The notes beneath the pieces are model-generated. The model was given only the letters and a program-made list of their open reading frames with translations. It was not told the origin of the DNA and did no database searches. DNA of 58,525 nucleotides, counting the filler, from Basidiobolus ranarum (taxonomy: Eukaryota): NCBI GenBank assembly GCA_040143965.1. It is 6 parts of 6 records of this genome, joined end to end, with 100 filler letters (N's around TTAATTAATTAA, not from the genome) between each part and the next. Parts side by side here need not be neighbours in the genome. Positions count along the whole stretch, not along the records: positions 48,888 to 58,525 come from JASJQH010007673.1; 5 more parts are not named here. The stretch is one strand, 5' to 3'. Of the stretch, positions 53,733 to 58,525 are shown in pieces. Every line of letters starts with the position of its first letter. Within the stretch, counting starts at the first letter, position 1. Made by a program: the position numbers and the translations under genes.

Positions 53733-55878
53733 GTTTGGAAGTGACATAAAAATAACTATTATGCCTACTATAACTAAATACAAGAAATAATGAAACGAAT
53801 GAACTAGTTTGGTTTGTCACGCAACTGAAGTTCAGTTATATATACGGATTCAGTTCTTAATACGCTCTTTTTGATTATCAGTGACAATCTAGTGAATATC
53901 TATTTTATTCCTTTCTGGTTTTTTGCTCCACAGCTCCACAATTTATATTTTTAGCCTATCGCATAGTTTTACTCTCTACTTGTGAATTACTACAAGTTCT
54001 CACGGTTTGAAGTCGCAGATAATTCACTTGCTTGTCGCTAGTAGTGTTACATCCTTTGATGAGTAAAAGTCAAATGAGAATGTTTACTGTTGAACTTCTC
54101 AATAGTGCCACTCTTGTTTCGTACTGTTTGAGTTACTAAACTCTATATTGTGTTACAAAAGGAAGGTTAGCAGTATTTTCTGAAGACATTTGAGCATTCG
54201 CCAAAATAAATGTTCCATTGATACAACAGTAGCTAAGCCTCTGGATCTTACTTCAGTTCTGATAAGTACATCTGCGCAGTAAATCCTTTCGTCTGTTCCC
54301 AAATCGGAAACATCATTGATAATAATCCCGTGTCCTGAGCACTCGATTTTGGTAAAAGGGACAGACTTGGTAACTTTGGAGAAGTGATATACAGACTCAA
54401 ACATCGGATTTCGACTCATGTGATGTCACCGGACAACGGAATGTGAATATGAGTACTGTGTACGCCACACGGAGGTCTTATTGAAGTTGTTTTGAATGTT
54501 TCCTAATTCGGTGCAGTTGATATTCGTTATAGATTATCATCAGTTAACAGTTCCCACAATTTGTTTGACCCTTTTGGCTATAAAAATTTCAATTAATCGT
54601 CCCGTTGTTACCGATTACTTGATCACTAGGTCAATGAATCAGTTACTCTCATTCACTAGAAAAGTCTCGCTTCACCTTTGACATCAGTGTTCGGATACCC
54701 CTGAATATCCTGGTACACCGTAAATCAAATATCATGCAAGATTTTCTAAGCATTTCATTATCAGGCAAACTTAAGATAGTAACATGGTTGTTAGACATAT
54801 AGAAAACAGCCTGTAGAGGATGCAGGCCTCATTATAGCTTTGTGCCACTGCACTCCGCTGTAGTTTGTGGTCTGGATATCTTAATGAGAGTGATTTAGAG
54901 CTGCAAATATTTGAGGATTGGATGAACTTTGAAGATTTTATATTCTTGTTGAAACTTCGTTCTAAGCCACAGTTTTATTCATTGATGCAAAATGCTATTC
55001 AACTCAACACTAGATATAAACTTGCTCGTTATAGATGTTGGAGCTATTTAGCAGGTGGATTGGGTAACACACTATCGCGGAATATGCATTTCTTGAAGTT
55101 GGTGTATGCCGCCTTCGCTACACATCTCATACTACGTGCGGTGATTTTGCGAATCCTTATTACGCCATGATAGTAAATTCCTGTAATATTACACCACAGA
55201 TGAATTATTTAGGCATGTTCAAATGGCTTTTACTACAACCAAGTTACCCCTTTGTTAGTAATGTAATTACGCCACATTTATTGTAATGTGAACCTCCTAG
55301 CATCATATGTACCATGCATACTTTAGGTTTTCGTTGGACTTATTTCAATAATCATTTTACAATTCATGAGCGCTGAAAGCTACGGAAATAGCCCGAACGT
55401 ACAGAGTAATTGCGGGGTATATGTGATAAGCAGTAATCTTTGGGTAGTAACGTACATCGATTCGAACATCTAGTTCTTTCACAGAAACTAGGTTTTAATC
55501 ATCAGATTTTGTAATCCATCGTCGATCTTCAATTCTTTTAAAACCATCAAGTCATGTACACCTTTGAGCATGCCTATCAAAAATGGAATTAATTCTAATT
55601 GAGATGGAACGAATAATATGTACTTATATAAATTTTCTACTACGACATATTCAAATGTAGTTACATTTCTTGATCTTATTTTGTAGGTTAAGAAATGTCC
55701 GGCTTACCCCTTACATCAATAACCTTAATCTTTTGTCCTCATCCTCATTCACTCATCTGGCGGTATAAAACGGCTATCTTTTCCAGAAACAGCTTACTTA
55801 GTAGACTACATTTCTTTCCTATTTCTTATAGCCGCTTCTATCATTCAGGAACTTCCAGCAATTGAGTATAGACCTTTA

Positions 55879-56943
55879 ATGACGCCCTTGAAAGATAAAC
55901 TTGTTATCATCCGAGCTTCAATAATCCAAAACTCTGACCAAGAAACTTGGCGTACTGTCCTTGTTCCTGGTGCTTTCTCTCTTCTACAGCTTCATGTTGC
56001 TCTACAAAATTTGTTCGGTTGGAAGGAGACTGGTTGCTCATTTCATTATTTTGCCCAGGGGCAAAGCAAAGAATCTGTAGACGTTGGTGACAATCTATCT
56101 TTTATCTGTAATTATGATGGAAATCCCGAAATTATCTATCAAACTATTTATCTGGATGAATGCGATGGCTGGGTGAAGCCAATAGCCCCAGGTGCATATA
56201 TTGGTACGTTACCTATTTTTTACTTTTCCTGAATAAACTGTCTATTAAATATTGTAGCGTTAGAGCATACACATCCTCACGATCCAGCTCCATTATTCGC
56301 TGTGAATCATGAAATGGCCTTAGCTAATGATGAAGTGACTACGCGAGTTCTTCGTGACGAACGACTTTATCAAGTACAGCATGCATTTAGTCATTCTTCA
56401 CAACTCTTCTACGAGTTTGATCACGGTATGGACCTTATCCCTACTCTTCGACTTGCTTTATCTTATGAAGAGACTATCGTTCCAACGCCTGACGAGTACC
56501 CGATAGACTATCAGCTCTTCCCAGTCATCTTGGATGGAAAAGGGGTGTGCTCGACGCCGTTCGTGCAGCAAGATACGTTTCAATTGCCTGTGATACAGAA
56601 ATTACTCAACAATGCCCACATGGAGCACAAAGAAGGAAGCATAAAAAAATGCTATCTGTGTCATTGGTTCGAGTTCGACTGCTCTAAAGCCAGTACTCAA
56701 TGTGCTCAGTATACAGCCGATATGTGTTGTGAGTATTGCATGTGTAATCCTGAATTTCAGAATATTGAACCATACGACGAGGTTTTCTGTTTGTTGGCTT
56801 GGGAACAGGGATTGATTGGATTAAACTCCGAAAGAAGGAGATTCCTTGAGGCACTGAGTAATAAGGATACTACATTCAAGTGTGACTGGATTGAAAGCGA
56901 CGGTCGTTCTTGTGTATTCTGTCATAATGGTTATTTCAAGTGA
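55879..56943 (+). CDS. pRiA4b ORF-3-like (PF07929-type) protein with Cys-rich C-terminal extension; intron 56204-56257
   Basis: WRTVLVPGAFSLLQLHVALQNLFGW...FHYF, RDERLY, FYEFDHG and FPVILDGKGVC follow the family pattern WRR..VP...L..LH..IQ..FGW...HLH.F / DE / Y.YDFGD / YP.C..G...C. A 54-nt GT-AG intron fuses the two ORFs in frame. TATAAA at about 55764. Confidence 0.7.
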
Positions 56944-57785
56944 ATTAGAGCTTGAGTTGCGCACAGAACACTTGGATACTTGTCCACAACTAATTAGATA
57001 TTTATAGAAAATATGTCTCGCACATATGTAGTCTTAATTCCGACCATTAGATTACTTTCCTAGAATAAAAATAAATGTCGAAAGTCAAAAAGCATGGTAT
57101 TTACTAACCAAAGCTTGTAAATGCATCCGGTACTTTAGTAAAAGTTTCGTTTCATTCCGTTCCGTTCCGTTGCATCGAAGTCATTAATTTCTACTCTAGT
57201 GAAGATACCTCCAATTAACTGTTTCGTACAATTAGTGATTGTTTCCTGTGATCAGAATTGGCATCTATCAATCAAACTAGAGTGATGGTACAACACGTCA
57301 TATGAGCATAAAAATTTGTAACCAATGCTTCCAAAAAAGTCAGCATTCAAGTAGCAATAATTTATGTTACTCAAATGACAATATATATGGAGGGAAACCA
57401 CACGGAATACTGCCTATCTAAAACGAGAGAACCGTGTGTAAAGAGGCTTCTATAAATGGTCCCGATTATCTTTCGTATGGCAAATATAGTAGCATTCTAA
57501 GAAATATACTCGATATGATTGGGTGCATGGTAGATCTAATCACGCTCAAACTGAAATTTGTATGGATGTGTGCTATATACGTAAAGTTGAAAAATCAATT
57601 GGGTAGAAAAGTACATCAAATGATCCGGGGTTAAACGGGGCATTATATACAGCTCACCAAGAGAGTACTTATAAATAGAGAGAGCTCCACCGCTATTGCT
57701 TTCAGGCTAAAACTCACATTCTCAATTTCTACACTGTAAATTAGTGCATTCGAACTTATTAACCCAGAAGCTGTAAATTATAAAG

Positions 57786-58525
57786 ATGTCCGTTCAAAGC
57801 TATTCCAACACTCTTACATTTTACGTCAATGGCTCTCGCGTTGTTCTGCAAAATCCTGATCCTGAGATGACACTGCTCCAGTATCTCCGCAGCACCGGTC
57901 TTACTGGTACCAAACTCGGTTGTGGTGAAGGTGGCTGCGGTAAGTTTACACAGAATTCATAATCTAAATCAAGTGCAATTCAAATTCAAACAGATTCACC
58001 GTTGCTAATCCTATATTTTTCGCTTGATTTTGCGATTCATTTTCGAATGGTCACTAGGTGCTTGCACATTGCTAGTCTCTTCCTATGATCCCAAGACGAG
58101 AAAAATCTCTCACACATCTACCAACGCATGCTTAGCACCACTGTGCGCAATGGATGGCAAACATGTCATCACCATTGAGGGCATAGGAAACTCCAAGAAT
58201 CCTCATCCTGTTCAGGAAAGAATCGCCTTTGCTCATGGCTCACAGTGCGGTTTCTGCACACCAGGAATCGCTATGTCCCTCTATGCATTGCTGAGAAATA
58301 ACCCCAACCCAACTGAACACGATATTGAGGAGGCATTTGATGGGAACTTATGTCGGTGCACTGGCTACAGACCTATCCTGGACGCAGCCAAAACCTTTGC
58401 TGTGCCATCCGGTGGTTGTTGTGGTGGCAAGAAAGCTGGTGGGGGCTGGTTTCAGGAGGAAGAAGCAGATAAAAAGGAGGTGAAAGTCACGACAAATGTA
58501 TGCGGGTGAGAAGGGGGAAGCTGTC
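57786..58525 (+). CDS. XDH: Xanthine dehydrogenase, N-terminal [2Fe-2S] domains, 3'-truncated by contig end; intron 57940-58057
   Basis: FYVNG...[24 protein letters not shown]...NACL...[11 protein letters not shown]...[12 protein letters not shown]. Confidence 0.95.

Noticed and set aside
58441-58525. In-frame TGA (58507-58509) suggesting the + strand XDH is a pseudogene
   Set aside because: It lies in the last bases of the contig among clustered mismatches to the paralog (GGWF for xCC, NVCG* for KGCGR). Low-quality contig-end sequence is more likely; this cannot be decided without reads.

Overview
Eukaryotic DNA from an intron-rich fungus. Short GT-AG introns, one U12 AT-AC intron and the gene content point to an early-diverging lineage (Zoopagomycota/Mucoromycota-like, e.g. 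Basidiobolus; inference only). The window is not one locus. It is six contigs of steadily decreasing length (9707, 9688, 9678, 9661, 9653, 9638 bp) joined by artificial 100-bp N44-TTAATTAATTAA-N44 linkers, so adjacency across linkers means nothing. Contig 1: a copia remnant, a divergent DUF952 gene and a Con7-type C2H2 transcription factor. Contig 2: a PP2C 3' end, a PDK/BCKDK-like probable pseudokinase and an R3H-associated protein. Contig 3: the Arp3 last exon, a cluster of four paralogous ~110-aa proteins each with two GoLoco-like motifs, and a decayed Tc1/mariner-type Fanzor element that keeps a structured omegaRNA-like right end. Contig 4: one C2H2 transcription factor. Contig 5: DCP2 (with a minor AT-AC intron), PFK-2/FBPase-2, NEM1, DAP1 and YAH1 pseudogenes, an SKL-tailed glutathione peroxidase and WBP11. 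Contig 6: three xanthine dehydrogenase copies or fragments (one has lost both Fe-S domains by deletion) around a pRiA4b ORF-3-like gene. All family calls come from motif recognition by eye; no searches were run.
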